Positions 1 through 13,272 of a stretch of DNA of 64,000 nt are shown here, one piece after another. Position numbers and translations under genes: made by a program. The notes under the pieces were generated by a model, which made no database searches, was not told the DNA's origin, and saw only the letters and a list, made by a program, of their open reading frames with translations. Position 1 is the stretch's first letter; the number at the start of each line of letters is the position of its first letter. Source of the stretch: Parasitella parasitica NRRL 2501. Lineage: Eukaryota > Fungi > Mucoromycota. Where the stretch lies: assembly GCA_025201805.1 (NCBI GenBank), contig MU619270.1, forward strand, positions 166,257-230,256. Direction: 5' to 3'.

Positions 1-3000
1 TGCGAGTTAGAAACAAAAAATCATTAGATTACCTTTCAAAAAATAGTGATTTAATTTTTACATTACTCTAAATAAAAAAAGTCTTTTACACAATATATTA
101 GTTTTTTTTGTGATGTATAAAGTTATAGTTATATAGCAAAATATTTGAGGCATCATATATCATCTGCTATATAAACTAATAAATTTATTACAGGTTTCCC
201 AACCTTCAAATAAGTCGACTTATTGAAGTTTCCTCTTGAATAAGTTCAATTAATTGCCTGCGGGATATGAAATCAGAGGTTTCCTTTTGGTCTCCTCAGG
301 TTTCCCGACCCACATATAAATAGGGATAGTTTGTTTCATTGCATTTTGTTTTACTTTAATTTTCATAAACCTACAACATAAAGATTCATGTAGCAAAAAA
401 GATGGCAGAGGTAAATTTTATGTACATTTCAGTCAAGTGAAGTGTAAATCAAGAAGCTGAAGATTTGAAAACTTGAATTAGCGAGGCTAGTGAAAGTGCC
501 AGTGGAAAGACTCTTCATAACATCGCTCAGAATTATGTTGAGGAAAAAGTTCAAGTAAATGATAAAGATCATGGCGATTGTGATAATAAATACTAAGGTT
601 TCTGGTAACAAACCTTTCATTTATGATAGAAATTTAGAAGTAACGTAATTGCTTTGTTTTATTCATAATGAAAATACAAAGAGAATGTATCGTAAAATAA
701 GCTATCAACACCATATTTTAAAGTTCAAGGTAGTATTTAAAAAAAGTTATCGTTGCTTATTGACAGATATCTGCGGTTCTGGGTGTGAGTGTGTCTGTTA
801 ACTTTGGATCAAAAACCTTTTATTAGATCCAGGAACGGAGAGCAAGGTTGAAGATAAACACTTATGTCCTAAGAATTTCATAAATTTCTATACAGATGAA
901 TTTTTATGAATGTGTATGTTATCCTGATGGCAGGTTGTTTCCTTTTTTCTGGCATTTTCTTACACTTTTAGTTGACCTGGCGTCTTCTAGTGTAGAAGGT
1001 CTTGTCAGACAAATACCAAGCCGGGTTCTCTATATCCATATGCACGGTAGAACAGCTAGTCAAGCATATGCCATCTTTTCCATAATATTCGAATGTTTCG
1101 CAAATTTCAGTGTGCTATTGTCAGAAAAAAGACAAAAACTGTTGAGAACAATTTTTAGCGACGTCAAACACAAAAACAAGTAACTCAAAGTAATAAATTA
1201 CACTAAAAAGCACTTTTTGATCACATATTTGCATAGCTTGGAGCAGGTTTTGTACTTTTTCAGGTTACATCAGATGAAGATAGCGACTTTTCTGACTTTT
1301 TTCGGAAAAGTATTTTTCAAAATCGGAGCGTGAGATCTTCAGACCAGATACAGACATGCAAGTACTACCATTAGGAAGCCAAAAAGCACATCATTTAAAT
1401 AAAATAAGCTGCAATTGTTTTTCTCTTGAAGTGGGTAAGCTGTGGCTTCTCAAAGCTAATGCTTTCTTCAAAAAAAACACCATGTTTCTTTGATAGCGGC
1501 GATTAAACACATCCAAAATCAGGAAAGAAAAATTCTTACAAAACTCAATTTGGACAATTCGAAAACAAAATTACTTCTTTGAGGCACGATATCATCCTCC
1601 GATACTATGCATACTACGGCTGTCAGTCTATGATAATAGCTGTATTTTTGGGCGCTCTATACGCTGGTATCATTTCATAGCTCCCGTATACTTATTGAAG
1701 GAATTCTGTCGAGAAAACTTCAAAAGCAGATTAAGAGGGAAAAGTCGACATTTTGCTTAATCAGAGCGCATTTTCTGACTTTCAGATCAAGGAGTGGTCT
1801 TTTACGATCATTTTCCTCCAATATATGCTATAGTAAAAAGTTACATTTTTGGGGTCAAAATTGAGGATAATGCGTAATCGATGATTTTGGATGCGTGGAT
1901 ACAAGGAAAAAATCGAAAAGATCCATCATTTTGCATCGAAAAAAAAACCATGCTCAAATTGCACCGAAATCATATATAATATATTTTTTTCCCAATGGAT
2001 ACTATTTCTGGTATTTTCAGGGCACTTTTGATTATGATAATCAATCAAAAAATGGTACACAAAGCTGAAATTCTTGCTTTTAAGCTGTAAAAAATACTTA
2101 TCTGGAGATGATATCACGTCAATATCAATTCTAGTACATGACACAGCTCTATAAAGGAAGCATTTTTGAGCTACAAGGATACCTTTGTTTATAGTAACAT
2201 AATCAAACAGGTGTGGCCCATCGAGTTGGAAGCAGAAGAGGTTGATTAATGTATGCAATGCTTTACTGTATAACCCTTTATTTTTTGTTAATAATTCATG
2301 AGTTGCTAATAACTAGTGACAGAGAAGCCCTATTACCATTGATGCTTATAATAATGTTCATCGGCTCGGGTCTGTGTAGGTCTGCGTAGGTCTGCGTAGT
2401 TTTGGGTGTGTGCAGGCCTGTGTTGATTTTGATAAGGTTGAAAATGGGTTGAGTTCTCAAAAACTACTAATTTGCATCAAAATATACCTATAAATCGATA
2501 GCAGTTGTTTTGGTATGCCTCTGGGCGATGGGTTAGCCAAAAGTAACACAATCATAACATCAGAGTTTTTAAAATAGCTAAAATGCCATCAGAATCTACT
2601 TTGTCGAAACATATGCCAAAATTGCAGTAGTCGCATCAAGCCCAAACTTTGAGATGCGTATCTACTATAATGTGTGAAAACAATGAATAGGTAATAGAGG
2701 AAGTATCTGTCTAAATAATGCTTATTTTAAAGTGGATACTACCGAAATTTTGAAAATATCAAGAATTAGTATGCTATTCACTTTAGATACACAATTTTCT
2801 GGCAGCTCAAGAACGTTCCAAACAACTGTTATTAATCTAAACACTCATTTTGATGTGGTTTGCAGCTTTTTGAGATTTTTTTTTTTTTTTTTTTTCAATT
2901 CAATTTTGGCCTTATGACACCTTGTCTGAAAACTGATTTTTGACAAAATCCAATTTAATATGCTAGGCAAGACGTTTTGACATGTACTACTAATTCAGTA

Positions 3001-3360
3001 GTTGATGGCATATGCACAGTTTTGTGGCAATCTTGTGCTGATTCAAATACTACCACTTCAAATAAAAAAAATATGTAGAGGATGGACTTGGTTTTGTTCC
3101 TATCAATGTTCGTTAGATTGATTTCAATAGGCTTATTCAAGGTAATTTTCCACTTGTTATTTGGGGAGATAAGTATCAATGACTAGCAAACTATGCTGAT
3201 TGCACCCTTGATCGGCAGATCCAAAGCGGCATAAATTACTACTATCTAAGCCTCTACAATTTTTTCTTCTGGATGATGAAAANNNNNNNNNNAAAAAAAA
3301 AAAAAAAAAAAAAGGTTTTGAGTTGACGATCCTCTTTTGACATCAACCACCCAGAAAACC

Positions 3361-3909
3361 ATGTCTTCACGTTTAGCTAGACAATCCTTGGAATTATTAA
3401 CTGCTTCTTCAGTGAGCAAAAAGACAGATACCAATACCCCCGATACAAAAAAGAGCCAAAAAATCAAATTACCCAAAACCAACAAGGGCATCAAAAAGAT
3501 TAAACATGAAATCCGTTATGGGCGACACCAAAAAACTCGTTTATTACAGGAAAAAATTGAGAAGCGAGAGAACCCCATAGGCAAGTGATCTGTGCTGTTA
3601 ATTTATTAAACGATTTTTAACTCGAAAATATAACGATTGCAGACAAGATGAATGAAGAGGCTATGTTAGCTGAAGAACGGTTGAAGCGCAATGTTCAAAT
3701 TATGAAAAGGGCGTTAAGATCAAGCACTTTGGAAAAGAAGATACACAGCGAGGTAAAATTAGTATTATAGTTTTTTTTGTACTCTTTTCTTTATTTCTTT
3801 ATTTACAATTTACACTTAGGTAATCAGGGAGAGAAATGCAAAAAAGTCCCAGAAATGGTCGAGTAAAGTACATGGATCAGAGGAGGACACAGACAGCGAT
3901 CAGGATTAA
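3361..3909 (+). CDS. Small basic nucleolar protein, AROS (RPS19BP1)/Rrt14-like, 3 exons, 139 aa
   Basis: Exons 3361-3580, 3643-3752, 3820-3909 splice in frame (intron 1 GC-AG, intron 2 GT-AG). N-terminus MSSRLARQSLELL and central EERLKRNVQIMKR resemble AROS motifs as I recall them. Lys-rich. Confidence 0.7.
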
Positions 3910-4431
3910 ATAAACAATCATGTACATATTATTTCTGATAATTCTAGTAAAAAAAAAATTAAAAAAAAATTCAAATGTTAAATGGAAGAACTTGCGATCC
4001 AATACAGGTAGTAATTGCTTGCGACGAATTTATCGTCTTACGCATTAGAGAAAGCTTGTGCATGACAAGATAGTATAGCAAAAAACAACAGTGATCTTCA
4101 TCCACTATCATGGATCAGTCCTGTGAGTAATAGCGCTTCGTGTCAACACGGTACACAACTGTAGCACCAAGACACACAATAATTTTATTAAAAACTCCAC
4201 AATTTATACATGGTTTGTGGTTTGCTCTCGCTCATCCACAACAGACGCTCCTAAAAATTAGGTCCCTTAAATTTTGTGCCCCTTTTAGTCTTTTGCCCTT
4301 GATTTCTATACATCCGCCCTCCCCCTATTCTTGCTGCTGCTCTATCTCTTGCTTTCTTTCTTTCTATCTCTCACTCCCATTTCTTCTTTTCTTTCTTTTG
4401 TTTTCTCTCTACTATATTTAATTTGTAAAAA

Positions 4432-6200
4432 ATGTCTGGTAGGTTGACGATTGACTATTTTCTTGCTGTATTTTATATAAACCTATTTGAACAATAGACC
4501 AAAATAATAGTCCATCTGGTGTATGATTTTTCACTGAGCACAAAAGAAATGTTGTCAATCTTGAACTAAATATAATTATAGATTACTGTTTTACGCAAAA
4601 AACTACAAGGTTATGTTGGCTTTGCAAACCTTCCCAACCAAGTCCATCGTAAATCTGTAAAGAAAGGTTTCCAGTTCACTTGTATGGTAGTTGGTAAGCC
4701 ATTTTATCTTATGGAATAAGGGGGAATTCTGTGTGTTTTCAAGGGGTAGAGAGAGAATATCATCATGTATATATAGACACACTAGACAAAAAAAAAGCAG
4801 GAGTTGTATATACAATCTTAAAGGGCACATACAAGAAGGGTTAAGCAGTGGAAGAGGGGCATTTTTATCATATTGAAAAAGATACTGGGTTCTAATCAAA
4901 TATTTCAGGTGAATCTGGTCTTGGTAAATCAACCTTGGTCAACACCTTGTTCAATACTCAGCTTTATCCTCCCAAGGAAACTGTTGAATTGACTCACGAG
5001 ACTGCACAGACTGTCGAAGTTCAATCCATCACATCTGATATTGAAGAAAATGGTGTCAAGTTGAGATTGACTGTTGTAGACACACCTGGCTTTGGTGATT
5101 TTGTGAATAACGAAGAAAGGTAATGCAGCACGTTTTCATATATAATACTGTCGTACCAACTTTTTCTTTTCCTCTGTTAGCTGGAAGCCCATTTTAGACA
5201 ACATCGAAGCTCGCTGTGATGCTTATCTTGAGCAAGAAAACCGTGTCAACCGTCGTCGTATGGTCGACAATCGTATTCATGCTTGTCTTTACTTTATTGC
5301 TCCTACTGGCCACGCCTTGAAGCCTCTTGATATCGAATTCATGCGTCGTCTTCACACTCGTGTTAATTTGATTCCTGTTATTGCTAAAGCCGACACTTTG
5401 ACAGAGGAGGAAGTCGCTGCTTTCAAAGAACGTATCTTGGCTGATATTGCCTATCACAAGATCCAAATTTACCAAGCTCCTGTCTATGAATATGATGACC
5501 AAGAAACAATTGCCGAAAACCGTGAAATCATGTCCAAGATCCCATTTGCCGTCGTAGGTTCTGACAAGGAATTTGAAATCGAAGGTGGCCGTCGTGTACG
5601 CGGCCGCAAATACCCTTGGGGTGTTATTGAAGTTGACAATGAAGAACATTGTGATTTCGTCAAGCTTCGTCAAATGTTGATTCGGTAAGTCTACAGAGAA
5701 GCCATTGTGGAGTCTATTTTATCTAATCATGCACATAGTACTCATATGGAAGAGCTCAAAGAATTCACCAACGACGTTCTTTATGAAAACTATCGTACTG
5801 AGAAATTGACAGCTATGGGCATCCAACAAGATCCTTCTGTATTCAAGGAAGTCAAGTAAGTTTTTACAGTAGCCGCCCCTTAAACAACAAACAAATACTG
5901 ATGCATGATATTTCTCTATGTAGCCCTGTTCAAAAGATGGAAGAAGAGCGCCTTGCTCATGAACAGAAACTGGCCAAGATGGAAGCAGAAATGAGAAGTG
6001 TCTTCCAAGCAAAGGTCCAAGAAAAGGAGGCCAAATTGAAGCAGTCTGAAGAGGAACTGTATGCTCGTCATAAAGAAATGAAGGATGCGCTTGAAAAACA
6101 GAGGATTGATTTAGAGGAGAAGAAACGTCGTTTGGAATCAGGAAGACCAATGACTCCAGAAAAGACAGCAAAGAAGAAGGGTTTCTCTTTTAACAAGTAA
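4432..6200 (+). CDS. CDC3: Septin, Cdc3/AspB group, multi-exon
   Basis: Spliced [22 protein letters not shown]1 [10 protein letters not shown]3 DTPGFGD, G4 [12 protein letters not shown] element, C-terminal coiled coil ending KKKGFSFNK. Confidence 0.93.
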
Positions 6201-6892
6201 TTAATAGTAATAAAGTAAAATATAGTAATAGGGATTTTGTATTTGGGGCCTCCATTTTCTTAAATGGTGCCCATTATAAAAATTCAATAAATAATGCTGA
6301 TAATACCGTAAAATTTCAAACGTGCATTTGACGCTAGGAAGCTTTCTTTCAATGATGTTTTATCAAACCGGAATTGGTGGTGTCTCCATGTCCAATAGGA
6401 AAACAGTTTCATCAATACAAATGGCAATGTAGCGATAGTTTTGATTAAACCGTTTATCAAGAGACTTTCTGAATGATAACGCACTTGAGTCAGCTTGAAA
6501 GACTATACAGTGTGGCAAGTAGAGAGTATCAACAAGATTGATGAGGCTATTAAAATCCGTGCTGAGTAAAGAAACTTAATATAGACATGATTAGTTTATA
6601 TCGGCATAGATCAAGCGCGATAGTTCGGATCACCACTTATCTCATGTGTTGAAGCATACTCGTTTCGAGACCTATCTTTAAATAGGCCTATAAGTAACGG
6701 CGACAAGCAGAAACAACAACATTCTCAGCTCTACATACACATCCAAGACATCATTTGAAATCGTTCATGAATATGCAAGTAAAATTATCGCAACAAATGT
6801 GACAAATCGAATTGACTGGGGGGTACAATCTCCAATAGCTTTTATCTATTTAAAATAGGACAAATACGAGTTGTTTGATTCATTTACAATTT

Positions 6893-7694
6893 TTACATGT
6901 TTCTTTCTAAATAAACTCTTTTAGAATGTAGCCGTTGACCTGGTACGTCGACATAGAGTTGTTTGTATTCCCATTTTTGCTTTTCGTTCTAAATATTGAG
7001 AAAAATCAGATTTGCATAAACATGGGGGGCATCATTCCTTTATCTCTTACCTTGATCATTTCCAACATGACTGTACCTTGATTTTCAGATCCTTCAACAT
7101 AAAAACGCATAAACAAGTGTGGATTTCCGTCATGGTCTTCAACAGTTTGTGAGGTAATTCGCCTGTTGCGTCTTCTTTTACTTGTACTTGGCTCTCCGTG
7201 TGCTTTAATGGGTTCTCCTAACATCTGTACTAATTCTTCATGGCCACGAATTCGATCTACAGCATCTGAAAATATGCTAGTGGAGCTTTGAGAACCAAAA
7301 AGCTCTGAACCAATGTAATATACGATTGCCGAAGTCAATGCTACACCTGTCAATATGACGCCTACATTTACAGTAGTTTTCGATGCGGCCACCACTGTAT
7401 AGATAAATTAACATTGTGTTCAGGTTGGTATGTTATTCTCGTACCCTTTTCTGGAGTGGTCAATTCGCTCCAGGGCTTCGCAGTTGCTAATGAATTAGAT
7501 TTCTTGTTTGATGGAACATAGCGAGCAGGGGTGGAAAAGGGTCGAATTGCTTTATTGCTATTACTGTAGCGTATAGTCAATCTTGGAATAAGACGTGTTA
7601 AACTGGATTGTTTACTACGATTTGCACACGATATTTAGTTACTTTGCTATTGCTTTTTCTTGTTTTTTTTATACCTTAAAGACGAACGCAACAT
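6893..7694 (-). CDS. TIM21: Mitochondrial inner membrane translocase subunit Tim21
   Basis: Arg/Ser-rich presequence (MLRSSL...), single TM helix, LGEPIKAHGE...RRRNRRI, HLFMRFYVEG, WEYKQLYVD. GT-AG introns. Confidence 0.85.
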
Positions 7695-7769
7695 TACGAT
7701 AGTTTTATTACTTAGAAAGAATGTTTGACAGAAAAGAAAAAAGAAAAAAGATAGGTAACTACTTCTTTA

Positions 7770-9507
7770 CGACTTCGCGCACCAGAAATGATCCTCCAAT
7801 TGCCCATGTTTCTGCTAGTGAGATACGGAGTTCAATTTACTATATGAGTATCATGTTAACGATTAGGGCTTTAATTTAAGAAAGCAATGATAAAACTAAT
7901 TACCTCCATATCTGCCAAGGTATTTTGTATTTTGGTTGCACCTTTAATAGCTGCTTTAAGAATCTTTTTGGATATAGGACTTGAAGATGAAGTGGCTCTT
8001 CCAGACGGTTTTCTTCCAAAGTATTGATCTGACGATATACTTTGAGAGCCCTGAAATTGCGTCAACCTCGATGCATTCGCAGTAGAACGATGTGAATCAT
8101 AGTCATTTCTTCCAAAATATTGATCTGATGAGATGGCCTTTGCGTTTCCAAATTTATCTCTAGCGTAATGGTCGCTATCATCGTCCTCTTTGGTGCCATG
8201 TGTTGGTATCGTGTTGCGGCTGTTGGCTTTCTTGGTATTACCGGTTAAATTAAGTGACATGATGCCTAATCGCTCGCTTTCTACTCCTCTATTGTCGTCA
8301 ATGTCTATTATGGGTTCGATATAATCAAGCCTTGTACTAGAAGGCTTCTGTAATTTGGGAATAATCACAGATTGATCCATTATCATGGCTTGATTGCGGC
8401 AATCCCGTCCTATACTCTCCTCATCTACACCTTGTTCGCGCATTTTCTCTTCTCTCCTGGCAAGTTGAGCTTGCTGTTGAAATACAGTGCTCTGTACTTT
8501 ACGTGCTCCTAGTTTAGACGTGTGATGATGTGATCTAGGCGCTTTAAGCGTTCGTTTCTTGGGGGTGGCTGTGGCTGCTGTTGTGGTGGGTGTTGCTTTC
8601 TCGAACTGATCAAAAAAATCATCTACGGCTGCGTTGGATGTGTCAATTTTGGGAGAGGCGACGAAATCATCAAACGGGTCCTTATCTGTTTCGGCCGAAT
8701 TTTTAGAATATTGTGCAGTGTTTATTGAAGATGATAAAAAATCGTCTAAAGCAGAACTTTTTTGGACATGTGTTGCTGGCGCTGGGAATGTCATCAAATC
8801 GTCAAATACAGATGATTTCGCTTCGTTTGATGGTGAAAGGGGCTTTTGATTTTGCTTGAATATATCAAAATCATCCACTAGATCATCCACTAGATTATTA
8901 TTTTGTGCAGGATAAGTGTCATCGTCAAAGTCAATGAGCGATTGACTGTGCTGTTGCTCTTTTGGTTGATCGAAATCGATCAAGTTCTCCTGCTTCAAAT
9001 CTACCGGTGACAATTGCTCTTGAGCGAGTTGTCTGGCTCTCGTTGGGAGCTTTTGTTTGTACAAAAGTGCAGCTCTACTGGTATATTTTGATTTCAAATC
9101 ACCCATATTCAACGCAGCTTGTCCAAACCCTTCTCGAGCACTGCCATTTCCACCAGCCATCATCAAATACAATTGCTCGCGTGTCCATGAATCTAAAATA
9201 GTCGATCTATAATTCATGAGATGTTAAGTCAATAGCAGATGTGCTCGATGCGTTTCTTTTTTACTTGACAAAACTGATGTGAACACCGAGGTTGCGGTGC
9301 GCGGCTGCACAATCCTGACAAATAAATACACCAAATGTCACTGAAGTCCAAGTGGGTCCTTTGGCATTACAGTCAAAGCAGCCCTATAACAATGTGCATT
9401 TGTTAGTGTATAAGTGCCTTTTGTGGATGCGGCATTACCTTGTTGTGTTTTTTCTGTAGTAAACTCTTAAAGGTTATTGCCACTTGTTCTCTTGACAAGC
9501 TGTTCAT
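7770..9507 (-). CDS. GLO3: ArfGAP, Glo3/ARFGAP2-3 type (3' end approximate)
   Basis: Spliced CFDC-x16-CQDC zinc finger, [14 protein letters not shown] with the catalytic Arg, KLGARK basic motif, two Glo3 motifs ISSDQYFGR. Confidence 0.85.
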
Positions 9508-9656
9508 TACACTTTATATGTATAAAGAAAGTGTTGAAAGGAAAAAAGAAAATACATGAGCTTCCACAGGCAAATGATGACTCTGTTTTTTGTGGAGTAG
9601 GATTGAAGGGCTTTTTATTAGAAATAAATAGTAAGAGAAAAAAATGAATATAGCGA

Positions 9657-10896
9657 TCAATATGGGTATTGTGGTTGTTGCTGGTTATATTGCTGGCCAT
9701 ATTGAGGCTGCTGCTGATAGTTTCCTCCAGTTGTGGTGCCATAACTTTGAGACATCTCATCTTCTCCCAACAATTCTTTAACTTCCCATACATTTTGCTT
9801 TGAGCCAACAGAGAATTCGAGATCTTCTTTGGTGATCGAATCCCAGTACTTGTAAACCATCATTACAGCCAATAAAGTACAGATTGATCCAAAGAACAAA
9901 CCATCGACGTAGTGCTTGACTTGATCACAAATTACAACCGAGAAAACATATAGGATCACCTGGCCGATAACAAAGAAGGCTGTACCAAACAAAATATCGC
10001 CTAAAGGCCAGCGATCATCTAATGTGTTGACAACTAATATAATTTGCGAAATGACATAGACAATGAATGCAACACCGTTGATAATAAAATAGAAGGCCCA
10101 TAAGGCACCAGGAGATGCGTAGTTGAATGGACCAAGGTTATTAAATGTCGCAATCGCAATAAATCCAGTCAAGAGGAATATGACAAACGAACTGATACGG
10201 ATCGACTACGTAGATGGGTTAACTGTGCTGTATAAAACAAAACTACTAGTAAAAATACTAACCCAAAGAGATAACGGTGTGCCATCCTCTGCAAATTGGA
10301 AACCAACAAAACCATTTAACAAAAGACACCAAAATGTGGCGCACATAAACCCAATATGTACAGCGGTAAACCACTGCAATTTTAGGTTAGCTTAACAAGT
10401 CGAATCGAATGTATTGACTAGATGTACATACCGGATATACTGGTGATGATGTTGGTATAATCCCTGTTACAAGTAGCATTTCAAGGAACGTTGTAACCAT
10501 GTACAAGTAAAAGAACATGACGATTTCCTTACGACCTAAGCTGAACTGTTAGTTTGAATGCAACAAACAACCTGGGAGATTCATGTCTTTTACCAACTGC
10601 AGTGTATTTGGATCGGATGTGATAAATCATGATAGCGGCCATCACAATAGCTACAATATCAATTACCAAGGTTGCTATTTTAAACATGTAAGAGCGATGG
10701 TATACAAACAATAATGTTGCTCATAGCAAAATTTACCAGGCTGAAAAATCAAGTTGCCTGCTAAATCAACATTACGAGAATAGCAAACAGGCTCAACACC
10801 ATTTGCTTGTCCTATTAACGGACAAAGCGACAGAGCGACCGTTTGGCAAATACCGGTGAAACTGAATGCTTCGAATTTATATGTGATATCGACCAT
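9657..10896 (-). CDS. CHS7: Chitin synthase export chaperone Chs7
   Basis: Spliced [53 protein letters not shown]. Multiple TM helices. Confidence 0.92.
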
Positions 10897-11298
10897 TTCG
10901 ATTTGATTTTTATATATGTACAGATAAAGCTGATCTGATGTATTACTCTTTTCTTGTTGTTTTTATATGTATAATAAACGTAAAAAGATAAAAGGGGAAA
11001 AGAAAAACAAGAGAAATAGAACAGGAAGGGGAGACTATATAAAAAGGGGAAATGAAGGAAGGGGGTGTATGAGGGGGTTAAAGAGATATCACAGTGTGTG
11101 GAAGGAGGGGGGAAGACTCGATAATAAATACAATAAATTTATAAGGCAGGAGTAATTTGATAGTAATGGTAGAAGCCTGCAACATGATTTGATTATATTT
11201 GTGCAACTTCTCCAGCGCCCAATCGACAAATAAGAGGCGGTTAAGGCTGATTCAGTGTAACATTGGCTTTAATAGTTAAAAATAGCTAATTTTCATTC

Positions 11299-12753
11299 AT
11301 GTCGTATTTTCAAATCAAACTCACAAAATATTTGGGGGTACCTACAAAATCTGAATATAAATCTCACAAAAATGATCTAATCAAACTCACAAAATTGACC
11401 TANNNNNNNNNNNNNNNNNNNNNNNNNNNNNNNNNNNNNNNNNNNNNNNNNNNNNNNNNNNNNNNNNNNNNNNNNNNNNNNNNNNNNNNNNNNNNNNNNN
11501 NNNNNNNNNNNNNNNNNNNNNNNNNNNNNNNNNNNNNNNNNNNNNNNNNNNNNNNNNNNNNNNNNNNNNNNNNNNNNNNNNNNNNNNNNNNNNNNNNNNN
11601 NNNNNNNNNNNNNNNNNNNNNNNNNNNNNNNNNNNNNNNNNNNNNNNNNNNNNNNNNNNNNNNNNNNNNNNNNNNNNNNNNNNNNNNNNNNNNNNNNNNN
11701 NNNNNNNNNNNNNNNNNNNNNNNNNNNNNNNNNNNNNNNNNNNNNNNNNNNNNNNNNNNNNNNNNNNNNNNNNNNNNNNNNNCCATAATAAAATAGAATT
11801 CTTGATGTGGGTACTCTTTATCAACCCATTCCAACAGCTGCTTGATAAATTCAGCAAAGATAAACCTGTTTGTAGAATCGTCTACCATAACAGCTTGTAA
11901 AGATTCAACCCGTTTTACTGAAATAGCACCAATGATTGAAATGTTCTTGCCCCTTTTCGTCTTTGTGATTACATGGGCCTTCTTACCTTTGGCTGATCTC
12001 GCACGTCCAGGTACCATACAGGCATTAAATCCACTTTCATCAACAAAAATACAATTTGTCATGTAATTAATACCCTTGAGCGAAAGGCCAATGCAGTAAT
12101 CTTTTCGCTCTCTTGCTATTCTTTCAGTTGTTCTTGAGGGTCAAGCACAGCTTCTGAGTTATATGTTTTTGGATTGTAGAAATCCCAATTGCATTTTTTG
12201 AAGGAAACTCTACTGGGAACTCGTCAATAAGTCTTCGCTGCAGTTGCTCTAATGTCAAAATATTTCCTTCATCTTCTTCATCAATTACATTTCTTAAAAA
12301 TTCAGAGTGGACTTGCTGAATCTTTACATTTCGTGGGCCTCCCCGAGGACGGTATTCAACAGAGTCAGTTCTACGAAATCGATCAAGGATATCTCTGACT
12401 GTTTTGTCAGCTATTCGATATTTTTGACAGATTTCTTTTACTGTCATAAAACCCATAAAATGGTCAAAGCAGATTTTCTCTCGGGTTTCCACAGTTGTAT
12501 GCGTGATGTTGCGTTGAAGGTTTTTATTAGGCATGATAGATTAAATATAAAGAGATGATTTTATAATTCCAAAAAACTAGGTGGTAAAGATGATAAGTGA
12601 AGAACGAAGTATATTCATATATAGACATGCTACGCCAACATGCATAAAGCATGATGCTATTTTATTATAATCCTTAGTTTTTTTGTAAGATTTATATTCA
12701 TATTTTGTAGGTACCTCCAAATATTTTGTGAGCTTGATTTGAAAATACGATAT
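11299..12753 (-). mobile_element. Tc1/mariner (IS630-like) DNA transposon remnant with inverted repeats, frameshifted transposase, partly in a gap
   Basis: HTH-type ORF 12124-12534 and DDE ORF (CIFVDESGFN...KRGKNISIIGAIS...FYFIMD) ending in the gap. About 75-bp inverted repeats at 11299-11372 and 12678-12753. Frame break near 12120. Confidence 0.85.
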
Positions 12754-12767
12754 ATTGTTTATGGACT

Positions 12768-13088
12768 TCATGTAAAGCAACTACGTTTTGCTGCACGGCG
12801 TTTTGACGTGAGATCTTTTTTAATTTGAACACATTCCAGTAGTTCGTTACCGGATCGCTGCGTATTATCTACATAATTGAAACGATTAAAAACTATAACT
12901 ATCAGCAACAACCGTTTCTTACCAATGGCCAAAGTAATTGCTAAATGTTGCAGAGCTGTTTCTTTTGTTTCGTCAGCGAGTATGTCTTGAACAGCATTTT
13001 TAATTTCAGTCTCAACCGATACACGATCATCGGGATCAGGTTGCAGTGCTTTGAGTAAGTTTAGGAAATCGAACGTTTTGTCACCCAA
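12768..13088 (-). other. Unassigned ORF or gene fragment abutting the transposon IR
   Basis: 106-aa protein-like ORF with a possible internal intron. No family recognised. Confidence 0.25.
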
Positions 13089-13152
13089 TATTCGTATTAC
13101 TAAAGATTAAACAGAGGCTTTCCTTCAAACACATTGCTATTCATGAACTACG

Positions 13153-13272
13153 TTCTACTGGGTAGGCGTAGCTTTTATAAACTCATGATTGACATCCAGA
13201 TTGGCAGTACATTCTACTGGGTAGGCGTAGCTTTTATAAAGTCAAGATCGACATCAAGATTGGCAGTGCGTT
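13153..13272. repeat. Tandem duplication, 2 x 59 bp
   Basis: TTCTACTGGGTAGGCGTAGCTTTTATAAA...GATTGGCAGT starts at both 13153 and 13212. Confidence 0.9.

Noticed and set aside
1-3200. AT-rich gene-free start with short ORFs, a repeated CAGGTTTCCC and a 10-bp tandem (AGGTCTGCGT) near 2370-2400
   Set aside because: Probably decayed repeats, but I could not find termini, a TSD or a recognisable protein motif.
11387-11857. ORFs spanning N-runs (also 38719-39592, 45848-46281, 48558-48815)
   Set aside because: Their length is an artefact of gaps lacking stop codons.
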